DNA from: the human T2T-CHM13v2.0 reference genome, Homo sapiens
DNA: 64,000 nucleotides
Assembly: GCF_009914755.1 (NCBI RefSeq)
Contig: NC_060926.1
Direction: 5' to 3' (one strand)
Shown here: piece by piece, positions 44,035 through 64,000 of the stretch
Layout: each line of letters begins with the position of its first letter
Numbering within the stretch: the stretch's first letter is position 1
Made by a program: the position numbers and the translations under genes
The notes under the pieces: model-generated
Seen by the model: only the letters and a program-made list of their open reading frames with translations
Database searches by the model: none
What the model was told of the DNA's origin: nothing

Positions 44035-45294
44035 CTCTAGAAAGTTACTTTTATCTTTACTGTGCCCACCAAAGTAATCAAACTTTGTGAAGTACGATTA
44101 TTTTCAAACAAGCCTACGTCCCTGACTAACCGAGTGGAAGGTGTGAGTGGCACTACAAATTCACAAAAGAACTGTAGCCTCAGATAATCAAAGGAGAGAA
44201 GGTCAGATGCAATCACTGATGCATGCTAGTAATTCTCAAACCTTCGTTTTCAGAAACGATTGGATTTTCAGATAGATTTGCAGTAAGAGAATAACAAGTC
44301 TTTATTTTTTTCATCCCAACTTCTTTCTTGCACATTTTTCTTCTAGCTATATTTAATATCTGTTCTCCCCACACACTTGCTAATCTACATTTCACAATCT
44401 TCTTCCACTTCACTTTGTCTGCAAAGAAATCTACCTGGACAGAATAGCATCTCTTTTTTTCCCCCTGACCCTTGGCATTTCCTCTCCCTCCAACTTCTGC
44501 CTGATCCTAGGATGGACTCTCTTATCCCTCATTCTCTATCATTAGCTCTCAGGCTGCCCTTCCTGCACTTTACCTTCCCCCACACCTTCTTACAGGAAAG
44601 CAGAATAGAAAGGCATCAGTGAGGGATGAACAGGAGAGTGCCTTGAGAGAAGATTCCCAGGAAGACAGGGAGAGCCAGACAGTGGACTGGTTGCAACCCA
44701 TGTAGCCGAATCATAGTGCTCATTGCTGTGGAGGCTCTGGTCTGTCTAGCCACACAGACCAGTGAAGTGAGGGTACATAGGTTAAAAAAAAAAAAAAAAA
44801 GCTTCTACAGAATACAGACATGTTATCCTGGTGTGTCAATCAGGAAAGATGTGGTCCGGATGAACAGAATTGTACCTTTTTAAATATTATAACTTTTAGG
44901 GACATTCTTGATGAAAATGTTTCCACTCTATACATAACTCTCTCATATCTGATTATAACACTTAAAAAATAATTTAAAGTCAGTGGACATATGAGTTTAT
45001 GCACTGTGCTATATATTTCCTTATTTACACAGCCTGTTAAGCATTTATATGGCTTTTTTTCCTATGCTAAAAGGGCCTTGTGTGCAATGCCTTTTAGGTT
45101 CTTGTCTTTTGCCTCTTTATCATCTTATACTTTTACAAAGCTCTCAGCCTACAAACTATGAGGCCAGAAGCTAGATGAGCAAACTTGAGAACTGCATCTA
45201 AATTAAATGTAACTGTTCTTCAATTGAGGGTCTTATGATCATTTCTCTGTAGAAAGTATACGAGCTTTACCACATATAATCTATGATTGTAATC

Positions 45295-45811
<517 letters not shown>

Positions 45812-48339
45812 AGCTTTTTTATTTTTCAAATCCTGCTTTTCAAGTGTATTTTATTTAATTGAGTTTGTTGAAAAAGTGACCTCAGATAAATAAATGCTAT
45901 CTTGTTGTGTAAAAGTGTTTGTATATACACACATATATACATGCATAGCAAATACATATGCAGAGTAATATAGAAGTTTAAAACTAAATTACATAGCAAG
46001 CTTTTGCAGATATCACAAAAATAAATGTTGTCTTTGTGTGTTTGTGTGTGTATTTGTGTTTGTGTGAGCATATGTGTGTGTATGTGTGTCTGCCTGTCTG
46101 TGAGATCCTATATGGGGTACTTTTTTTCCTAAAATGATCTATTTTTGTGGTTATGTAGGAGTTTATGACCATTCATTAATAGAGCATTTATATGTATTTT
46201 GGGGAGCATATTATGAGTAATGAACTAGCATTATTAAAATAATTTTAAAAAATAGGCAAGGTACTAGTTCTGAAAATTCTTTCTAAGCTGTTGATTCAAA
46301 ATAAAAGTTTATGACTTTTGTACTGTTTTACCTTTGCACTTGAAAGTGCAAATATAAAAATAAAGAAAATACTCTTTATTTCCTGAGAAAAAGATTGGGG
46401 GATTTCCATTTTATTTTACCAATAATGTAAATGTATAGATTTCAGTATATTTTGCAGTGTACTCACATCCTGAAGTTTCTAAGACTCCATTAAAAAGTTA
46501 TGCTGTTTTTGCAGGGATTTTTTCAGGGCATTTAGTTGTAAAAAAAAAATGCTGAATAGATGAAAAATGAGTAAAATCTGTGTTTTTTTTTTCTTTCCTA
46601 TTCATCATTGCTGTTTGTCCTCTGTGTGTAGGCAACCAATTTGCTGTTGTTCCCCTGAGGGGAATTCAAGTCAAAAAGTAATATTGAATTACTAGGAAAA
46701 GGTATTCCTATCTCAAAAGAACAAAGTAAAATGATTCAGAAAAAAAAAAAAACTTGGAAAATTTATCCAATTTCCTGGTGTATGTTGTATGTGTCCATGG
46801 TACTTTACTTCTATGAACACTTACATAAAATAAATCTTAAGTAAACTATAAATCTGAACACTGACAAACTCCAACGGACAATTCTTAATTTTTATGAATG
46901 TAGAAAGTCTGCTATCTTCCTTTAATCCCATCCAATGCACATTCACATTTTGTCAATTTTTTTTTTTCATTCTATGAAAACCTAGTAAATATTTTCATTC
47001 TGGGTCTCAGTTATTTGATTTCTTTCCATGTTTTTCACCCAGTTATGTTTTATACATTATTTATGTTGAAAGTGAAGTGATAGAAGCTTAATTGAATGAA
47101 TTATTTATAGTAAAGAAGTTATTCCACATTTATTTCAACAGGGTGGAAATCCCTGACTTATAAATACTCAAATTGTGAATGACCTAGATATACATACAGA
47201 TGTTTATATACATACAGCCTAGATCTCTTACTTGTATCTCATTGTGTTACATCCACAGAACTCATTTACTGTCACTGCAATTCCTGTGGAAAAACTTGAC
47301 GTGTTCAGAAACACATGGCTTCCCAAATATAGGCAGGGGTAAATGGCAGGGATTGTGAGGAAACAGAGGGGAATAGAGGGGAGGCAGAATATAATGATCA
47401 GTTTGGAAACTGACCATGAACTCTTTTATAAGAATGGCATCTGTTGATTAAAAAAACAAATCCCAATAGGAGCTGCATGTTTTAAAAACCTTTACTTATT
47501 ACTTTACCTAAAATTCTGCCATTTAAAGATTCACTCATTTGCAATAACAGATCTTTCAAAGATGCCAACATTTCTGGGAAGGTGAGGAGGCCATCAGTCA
47601 TTTCACCCCCATCCAAATTAGTTCTTTGAGATTGCTTTTACCTGAAGTCTGGCTTATATCAACAAGCCTGAAACGATGGACATTTTGATTGTTGGGAGAC
47701 GAAGAGGGTCAGTTCAGAGCAGGAGAAGAATGGGTCCAGGTGAAGTAACCACAGTGGGAGGGCAAGAGCCTCTTCAAAGCACTGGAGCATGTGGAAACTC
47801 TAGGGGAGGGATACTATGCAGTGGAAAAAAGATACAGAAAGGGAGGTGCTCAGGGCAATTGCACATAGTTTAACATTTTTCTAGACTGGCTCTGTGCACA
47901 GGAATATGAGAAGAAACTCTTCTTCCCCCTTATTCTTATACTTTCTTCCTGCACCCAGGGCTCAGACATCAGTTGGAGCTTTATTCACTTAATAATTAGT
48001 TTTACTTTGCTGAGCTGGCTTTGGGACCTGACAGCATCCACAACTGGCTTCTATGCAAAAATACATTTGAAATGTCCAAGAGGACAACTTATCAATTCAT
48101 GTCAGAATGTAATCTGTGCCTAAATTGGGGTCTACCTGAATGGACTCATTGCTTTTCCATTGTCCCCCATTCTTTAATCTTCATGATTTAATCAGGTGAT
48201 TTGTTAGGTTGAACTAGAAAGAGACTGGGAAATGAGGCATTGTTTGACAAAATTTACATCATATTAGGGCACGCAATGGAGAGGACACTCATGACCCCAT
48301 AGATACTTATGACTCACTAATAGGTCATGACTCTCAGAA

Positions 48340-49131
<792 letters not shown>

Positions 49132-49312
49132 CTATGAGGCATATTTTTAAATGCTACATTTTACCCTTTAGCGGAGGAGGGGGAGCAGTAAATTCATAGG
49201 AAGAAGTATTTTCTCCAGGCTCTGACTCTCCATGTCTTCCTTTAGGTTTCTGTGATGTCAGGAGTCCACTAAAGGGCAGAAAAAGGCTGTGAGCTCATTC
49301 CACACTGGTTAA

Positions 49313-49665
<353 letters not shown>

Positions 49666-50220
49666 TAGAAAGGAAAAGCTTGATGGCAGATCTCTGTGGA
49701 GCCAACTTTAGGAAGCTTATTGAGCCATTTCTTGTTATAAGTGCCAATAATACGTTTATTTAAAGTTTGTGTATTCTTAATCTACAGCCCCACCATTCTT
49801 AGCTCCATCTTTTCCGTCATTGCCACTGCTATGTCTGTACCACAGGGCACTTGTTAAGCCTCTTCTAGAACTTAGCTCTGCCACAGTAGGTTCCCACGTC
49901 TAACTCTTTATTTTGGTTTCCAAAGGAACCGCTTCAAATTTTCCAGGAAAGCTGTGGGTGGTAAAATATATGAGAATATGCCTTCTTTTGTTGTTTTCCT
50001 TTGATTAACTGGGAATCACTTTGCGCTAAGAACAAGGAAGCCTTAAATATCTATGGATAAGAGAAGATACAAAAGTGAGGCCAAGGAGTTAACAGAATCC
50101 TAATTAAAGATAAACTTGGATCATTACCTATTTGTATATTGGCTGCAGAGTTGTATACTTCATATACATATGAAGTATAGTGTGTTTCTCTTGAAAATGT
50201 GTAATAAGACCTAAGGGGTT

Positions 50221-50512
50221 GGCCAGACACAGGGCCTAAGACAGATAATCCAAGCACTTGGAAGGCTGAGGCAGGAGGTTGCTTGAGGCCAGGAGTTTGA
50301 GACCAGCCTGGGAAACATAGTGAGACCCCTGTCTCTACCAAAAATTAGCTGGTGTGGTGCCATGCACCTGTAGTCCTAGCTACTCTAGAGGCTGAGGCCT
50401 GAAGATCCCTTGAGCCCAGGAGTTTGAGGTTACAGTGAACTATGATCATGCCACTACAGTACAGTATGGGTAACAGAGTGAAACACTGTCTCTTAAAAAA
50501 GGAAAAAAGAAA
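50221..50512 (+). mobile_element. Alu (AluJ-like)
   Basis: gcttgaggccaggagtttgag and ttgagcccaggagtttgaggttacagtgaactatgatc; TSD-like aagacctaagggg and aagacttaagggg. Confidence 0.93.
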
Positions 50513-51114
50513 AGACTTAAGGGGCTGTATTATGTCTTCAGGGAAAAGCTGATACGATTACTTGAAAAAAAATCAAGGAAAGCCAGAGTTCTAGAGTTTT
50601 ATATATTTAGCATCAGATATTTGATGTTTAAAATGCCGGCCTGAAGTTTGAGCTGAGGATCAAATTGTCTGCTTAGAAACAACTGAGTTTCTCAGCTATG
50701 GTAAACCTGGGAAATGTGCAAAGGGGGGAATATAATTAATTAATTCACTGGGAAAAAATGCAGAAAGAAACAACCTTTGCTCAGAAAAGATGCACAAACA
50801 GCAAGAAATTTTAGTTAAGTAAATGATTTTAAATTATAATTGCAGAAAGTAGTGATATATTTCTGAAAGGCTATGGTAGACATCATAAAGAATTCTGATA
50901 CCTTAACTCTTAGTCCATCTTTTGTGCAAGATGATCTTAAAGGTTTAGAAGAAATATCCCAGCTCTGAGAAATGTATTTCTTCCATGTTTTCTTATAGTT
51001 TTTTATTGATTTTCATTGGTGAATATTTTTCAAGAGTTTAATTTAGATATGTCTCAAAAAGAAATGTAAGGGATGAAAATGCAAACTATGGTTTTCTTCC
51101 TACAGCGAAAAAGA

Positions 51115-51755
51115 TACATTCATTTATTCATTTTATAAGCGATGAACAAGTTTGTACACTGTACACTGGAGTAACGCCAGGATTTGAGAGCAGAGAGGTG
51201 CATGACTTGGTTCCTGCCTTCTCAGACCCTGTAGTCAAATCAGGGAAAGAGATATGGAAATAAACAGTTTTAGCAGAGTGTTAGGATGGAGGAATGCCAG
51301 TAAAAGAAAAATCACCTGGTTGGTGGGTGGGATTGGTGTGTCACTAAATCAGCTACAGTCCAGCAAATACCTCTTAGAGGAGATGGCCATTGAGCTGAGC
51401 TGTAAAGGTCACCAGGAAGTTTGTCATGTTGTTGGGGGAAGCAAGCGAAGACTGCTGCAAGGAATGGGACTAGGATAAGGAAATGCAAAGAGGTAGAGAG
51501 AGCAGTGCATGGTGCCATGAGAACTTCAAGTCTGCTCAGGACCGGAGGTGGAGCTGTGAGTGCCAGTGCGTATGGGGACTTGGCAAATACTAGGCTGGAA
51601 AAACACCCAGGAGAGAGATCGTGAAAGGCCTTCCACGCCAGGCTAAGAAGTATAACCTTTATTCTGAAGGCAAAGGGTAGCCACCAAAGGATTTTAAGTA
51701 CCAGGGTGATATGATCAGATATATGCTTTAGAAAAATCATTCTGGCAGCTATTAT
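51115..51755 (-). mobile_element. L2 LINE fragment
   Basis: tttattctgaaggcaaagggtagccaccaaaggattttaag...tgatatgatcagatatatgctttagaaaaatcattctggcagc. Confidence 0.85.
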
Positions 51756-52749
51756 ATATTCTAAATGAAGATAAAACATCTCCTTAAGACCTCTGAAGTA
51801 TTCCAGCTGGTTCCTGAAGAAGGGATGTCTATAATTCTTGCCATATATCCTCTTAACATACCATAGAAACATTATCCCACCTGAATTCTGGCTAACTAGA
51901 CTTAACCATGACCTGGAGAAATAGGTTTGGGGTAGTTGTTACATTTTTCCTAATAACCCTGGACATCAGGCACACCCAGAGAGGCCACTGTAAAGGAAAC
52001 CCAGCCTTTCCATATTGATGGGGTGTTTGTGTCAGCAGCCACTAGCAAGGCAGGATGTTCTACACACTTTTCAAGGGGTGAGATGCCATTTTCCCTCATG
52101 TAGATACTCTATGGGAGAAACATGCAAGAGAAAAAAGAAACCTTCATGTTGGGCTTTCTTTTTGCTGACAATAAGATCATGCAACAATATCCTATTTGCA
52201 TGAAAATGTAGCCATCTTACAACAGGAACTATACATTCATAAGCATACTTTTGAATGGACCATTTGGAAAACTTTTTAGGCACAATCGAATTTATGCAGT
52301 ATCAAGAGATACAACTATAAATGGCCTGATTTTTGAGTCTAGGTACGTTTTGGGATTAAACACTGTTCCTAAACACTGGAAGAGGAGAAAAGTAAAGTTT
52401 AAAGAGAGGATATGGCCCAAAACTGTGGAGTCTCAATACAAAATTGTAAATGAAAATGATCTTGAAGTCACTGTGGCTTCCAGCTTGGCTTCTAGAAAAA
52501 CAAGGGGGTCCACAACCTTACACGTTCATTTGCCCTGGCAGTTGAAAGTTCATCTCCTTAATTAGGAGTTTTGCTTCTATGACATAAAGAGCCCTCTAAT
52601 AGAAAACCTATTTTATTTTTACCTGATGGCCCACTGACACAGGAAGTTCTGATCAGTTGTGATGTAAATCTTAGGAGCTGTTTTGGGTTTTGTTGTTGCT
52701 TCACTCTGAGTAGGTTTAGGGGAACAGCAGTCCTGAGAGGACAGGAGTT

Positions 52750-54300
52750 AGTAGGGAGAGAAAAAAAATGGAAGCAAGGCTTTGACCTGCCGGAGAGGAG
52801 CCCCTGCTGACACGGTCAGTCTGACCCATTGAATGGCCTGAATACGATAAATGCCGCTTTATCCTGCCTTGAAAGGCACGAGATAGCACAGTCTAAATGC
52901 CTGGGCATGCTTAAATAGGCGACTCGGGATGTTTGAGTTGAGAGTGTTTGAAATCTGAGCTCTCTGACAGCCTGGGAGCTGCCACAGGTCACCTGCCTTG
53001 CTCCGTAGGGACAGGCCCAGGTCTCACAAGAAATTGTCCGTAGACGAATTGTAGTACAAATTCCTTTCTTTGTTGGTTGGCCTCTTTCACTAGACCATGG
53101 CCTATAAAATTTTGTAAAAACAATTCTTAAATATTATTTGAAAGGGCAAATGGCCCACGCTGAAAGGTTTGACAGTTTGACATATAGTGCATGGTTTTGA
53201 TAGCTCGGAAACTGAAAAGTGTGGCCAAGATTCTCCCCCTGCTCGTTAGAAACCTGGTGTTTTTTTAAATAGTGTCTTGTTGCTGTGCAGAGTTCCTCTG
53301 CTCCTTGAAATCTGACAGGCAATGAGTCTGCTCCAGTGATCTTAAATCCTTTTAGACTAATTTGTGAGAGAGTAGCAAAGTACTGTAGCTAGCACCTTTG
53401 AGTCCAGCATCCAAGAGGCACAGAACCAGGTATTGCCAATTAAGGAGCCATTCGGATAATCGTATCAAAGCAGATTGCTTTAGAGTCTTATAATGCCCGA
53501 GCCTGTGCCTAGAGAGAGAGGAACCCAGAGTTTCACTTCAATGAGGGGGAAAAAAGAGACTGGAGTGGCCCGGTCTCATCAGAGCCCAGGAAGTTGCAGG
53601 GAGAGGATTTCTGCATTAGAATGTTGCATATGTGCGGCCTGTGTGTGCGCAGCCCCGGCCGCTGCCTCTGCATAGCCAAAGGCCATTTTCAGGAGCCTCT
53701 GGCCCCTCAGTCACTGGCCTGCTAGTTAATTGCCACACGGACTTCATGACACATGGGCAGATAATATGACATTTTCAGTTTCTGTCACTAGCAAACGCCA
53801 CAACGTTGCTTGCACTAGTTGCTAAGAAGCTGTCAGAAACCATTAGCGGTTGGCTAAAGTCGCCCTATGGCATTTCCTCATAGCATCAGCAAAACGAGCA
53901 TAAATCACCCACTGGAGCCTACTGCTATCCTAATGAGGCTGTAAGCTTGTTTATGGACTAGCATCATTTTTATGATTATTTCCACCTTTTCAGTTTGCCT
54001 TCATTTGGCGGCAGGAGAAGTCAGCTCCAGGAATGAAGTCACTGCTGACATTTTACAAATGTGGTTCAGAGCTGCTGCCTGCTGCCGTGTGGTCGGCCGG
54101 CGGTTCTCCAAGTTTGTTTAGTGATCTCAAAAGTAAAAAAGGAAAGAAATTCTCGAGAGACCACATTGAGGTGACTATATCAAATTGCGGAGTGAATGGA
54201 AATGCTAAAGGTACAATTGACCATTTAGACTTTCCTCTGAGGTTGAGACATTTCCAGATCAATTTTCAATTTTAGAAAGTGGAAGAGGTTAAACAATTTA
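52750..54300. promoter_or_regulatory. Candidate enhancer or internal promoter upstream of exon 8
   Basis: No recognisable repeats, locally CpG-enriched, five TGACAG sites and a TGATTTAT site. Confidence 0.45.
52814..52826. promoter_or_regulatory. Consensus ERE core
   Basis: GGTCA gtc TGACC. Confidence 0.4.
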
Positions 54301-57219
54301 TTAAAATCTATGAAAGTGTTTGCTTTTAGAATAGTCTGTTTTATTATGCTCTTCTCCTTCCCCATCTTCTCCATTTCCCTAACTTGTGTCGGAAAGGAGC
54401 AGGGTTTATTGTTTTAGGCTTTTCTGAACATGCACCAGTATTTACACTGGATTGAAAGCATTTGCTTCCAATGAAAATCTTGTCTTAGATTACAACCCAG
54501 CAGTGTAATTTCCCTCCCAGATGGGAGTAAAGTAGCTGTATTTGCCTAAAAACAGTAGGAAGAACAAACTGTGCATTAAGCCAAGGCTGTTTTTGGCTTG
54601 AGCTAATGATGTAATAGAAACCTTTTATTCAGGAGAGGTCACTGCCAGGGACTGAAGGGGGTGATCTGGCTCCTGCTTGAAAGGTTTCTCCATTGTATCT
54701 ACATAAGTCTTCACTTAAAAAATTCTGTTCCTAATGCTTCTGCTTTCATACAGCAGAAATAAACAGGAAAGGTTCTGGTGAGTGTTACACATGGAATGCA
54801 GAAAGCCTTCCTCTCCTAATGGAGTATATAATTCAGGTGCCCTCAAGGCACGCTTTCAGGAATTCTTTTGCCTGAGGTAATGGGAAGCTAAGGTTGCTTT
54901 AAGGCCTTGATTATCTATTGATGCACAAAGCTGGAAAAAAGTCATCTCTGCTGGATTATAGTAGATATTTCCATAAATTATCAATGAATTCTCTTCTAGG
55001 CAGGCACTATGCATTGCTTGCTAAATTAATCTGAAGGGGTTTGAGGTGGATAAAAAGGCTATTTTTTTTAAAGGTGGAAAATAATCATGGGGAGGTGGTG
55101 AAAACAGTATTGTAAGGTTATAAGCTTTTCATTTTTAATCAATGATCAGGTCGTATGTGTCTTTTCCTTGGTTACCTTTTGCATATTGAAAGTGGATTAG
55201 CCCATTGAAAATTTAAATGCTGTTGAGTTGTTTTCTTTTCTCATGTTTCTTTAATGAATTGTTATTTTATATGGTAAACTGCTTCTCTGAATAAAAAGGC
55301 TGTTTAAATACTGGACTTTCAAAGAATTTATTAGGCAAATCCAAGGGGACTTCTCATAAAATACTTGGTTATGCAAATAAAGAGTTTGGTTGGGTGGAAG
55401 GAGTGCTGATTTACAGATGTAGGGGTCTGGAACAGCACAGACCCCAGTAGTTCCATGCCAGGGTACATGACCTTGGCCCAGTCAGAGAACATAGCATTTT
55501 CTTCACTGATACAACAATGGCTTTGGAGTGGTGGGTTTTCATGATCTTTTCCAAGTGAACACAAGATATGTTTCTGTTAAACTTTTAATGAAACAGATAG
55601 ATTTTAAATATAATAAAATTACAGATTTTTAATGAATAAAAGTTTAGAATCAGAAAAGTTTTGCAAAAGTTTTGCATTTATAGCATATTCTGTAATAATA
55701 GTAGAAATGTTGGAATTAGTTTGTTCCTCACCCAACAAACTTTCTAAACTTCATCTCAGTACAAGTTAAGGCAATTGAAAAAAAAAAATTGAGGAATGCT
55801 TTTCTTTTCTTTTTTTCACAGGAGAGAGATGGGTCTGCTGAGGGAGCTGTTAAAAACAGTTGATTAGTTGCAACATACCTACTATAGATTAGACAGAAAT
55901 AACTGAAATTGAACTAGAGAATTATTTTTTTATGTAGGACCTAATAACAGAAATGAGAAATACAGAAATTCATGAAGCCATGGAAATGAACCTGAGGCTA
56001 TGTGCAGGAAACTTGTCTTACCAAAGTTTCAGGTTCTTTGGGTCGTGTAGTTGGCTCTCCAGTGGCTTATTTAACCCAGTGAATGTGCTCTTGGGTGTAT
56101 TTTTTTTTTACCTCATTTCTAAGCCTGGCTGCTATAGCTCTTCCGTTTGGGCCCAGATCAACCTGTCGGTTTCTAAGAGAACGGTTGACCGAGCTAAGCT
56201 ACTTTTTAGTGTAATGGGTCTTGTCCTTTGTTGTTTTCCTTTTTGACTTTGATGCCAAGGCAAAAAATACCTACTTTCCATTTGTACCTTGTAACTTATT
56301 TTGAACAGTTATATGGGTTAAATTTTTATTTTTTCTTATTAAACATGGCATTTTAAAAAAGAAATACTAACTTTTTAAATTTCATTATGTCACAGAGCCA
56401 AAATATTTTCTAGAATAAAGAGTGTAAATGTTATAATAAAAATCAATAGAAAAATAGGATCCAATATAGAGGAATATGTTAGCAGGTGATTTTTCAGTGT
56501 GAAAAATGCTAGGTTTACCTAGCATGAATTTTAGAAACTGCCTGAATTATTAGTGTAATACAATTCTAATTTACTATTAATTTAGCATTACCTTATTTGA
56601 TTTACACAGTAATTGTTTTTTAATTAAGAAACTATGTCAGGGGTTTTTCCTTTACTAAACTTGATGCTTTCTCTCTATTACAAGAAAAATTATATTTTAT
56701 TTGAAGCATTCCTATGTCAAACTGCTTATATGATGGATTACCTACATTTCCCCATCCTAGTTTAACTAGTCTTAAGATAGATCACTTGTGGAAATAGTTG
56801 ATATCTTAAATGAATCTTCTCACAAGTCAATGTCAATGACTGTGGGATTTGAATGCCCAGGCAGCCATAGCGCCACAGCTAATGACTGCCACCATGTTTA
56901 ACTCCCCGGTAGGAGTTACACTTAACCTGTCTCAGCTATACATATTGGAATAATTACCATAGCAACAAAGCCACAAGGGGATTGGATATTTCCCTCCATT
57001 CCCTTTGACTTTTGGCAATGTTCTTTGGAAGAAGTTCTTTAGACCTGACTGCTCTTGAGCCTAGGCCTTGTTCTTTCTCTGTCTTGGAAAACAAAACACA
57101 ACAAAAAAACAGTACCAAAGAAACTATTAATCATTTAAATTTGCTCTTTTGGTTTTGTTTATATCCAAAGGCATTCTATTTGAATAAAGCATGTCAAGGT
57201 AGCATCAGTCAAAATTTGA

Positions 57220-64000
<6,781 letters not shown>

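Noticed and set aside
46333-46352. Inverted repeat tttgcactt-ga-aagtgcaaa
   Set aside because: Short, AT-rich and at chance level; no further miRNA- or MITE-like structure.

Overview
Primate, most likely human, genomic DNA from inside the TALE-homeobox gene MEIS1 on the + strand. It holds two coding exons: 9198-9309 (PSWNRDHDD...NSSEQ) and 57236-57381 ([14 protein letters not shown]...[27 protein letters not shown], start of the homeodomain), conventionally exons 7 and 8. A 47.9-kb intron separates them. The rest is intronic: about 10 Alu/FLAM elements, a 5'-truncated L1PA, MIR/L2/L3 relics, hAT-Charlie and Tigger relics, microsatellites, and repeat-poor motif-rich blocks that look like enhancers. 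Nearly all ORFs in the supplied track are spurious or repeat-derived. I see no convincing novel multi-gene system. The best leads are: (1) a candidate intron-7 exon whose ATG-initiated ORF splices in frame onto the homeodomain exon; (2) a perfect DR5 retinoic-acid response element; (3) a tailless BC200 retrocopy with a 20-bp TSD; (4) an L1 with an apparent 3' transduction; (5) a still-open RT fragment of an ancient L2-clade LINE; (6) a perfect ERE core. Repeat subfamily names and boundaries are by eye and approximate.
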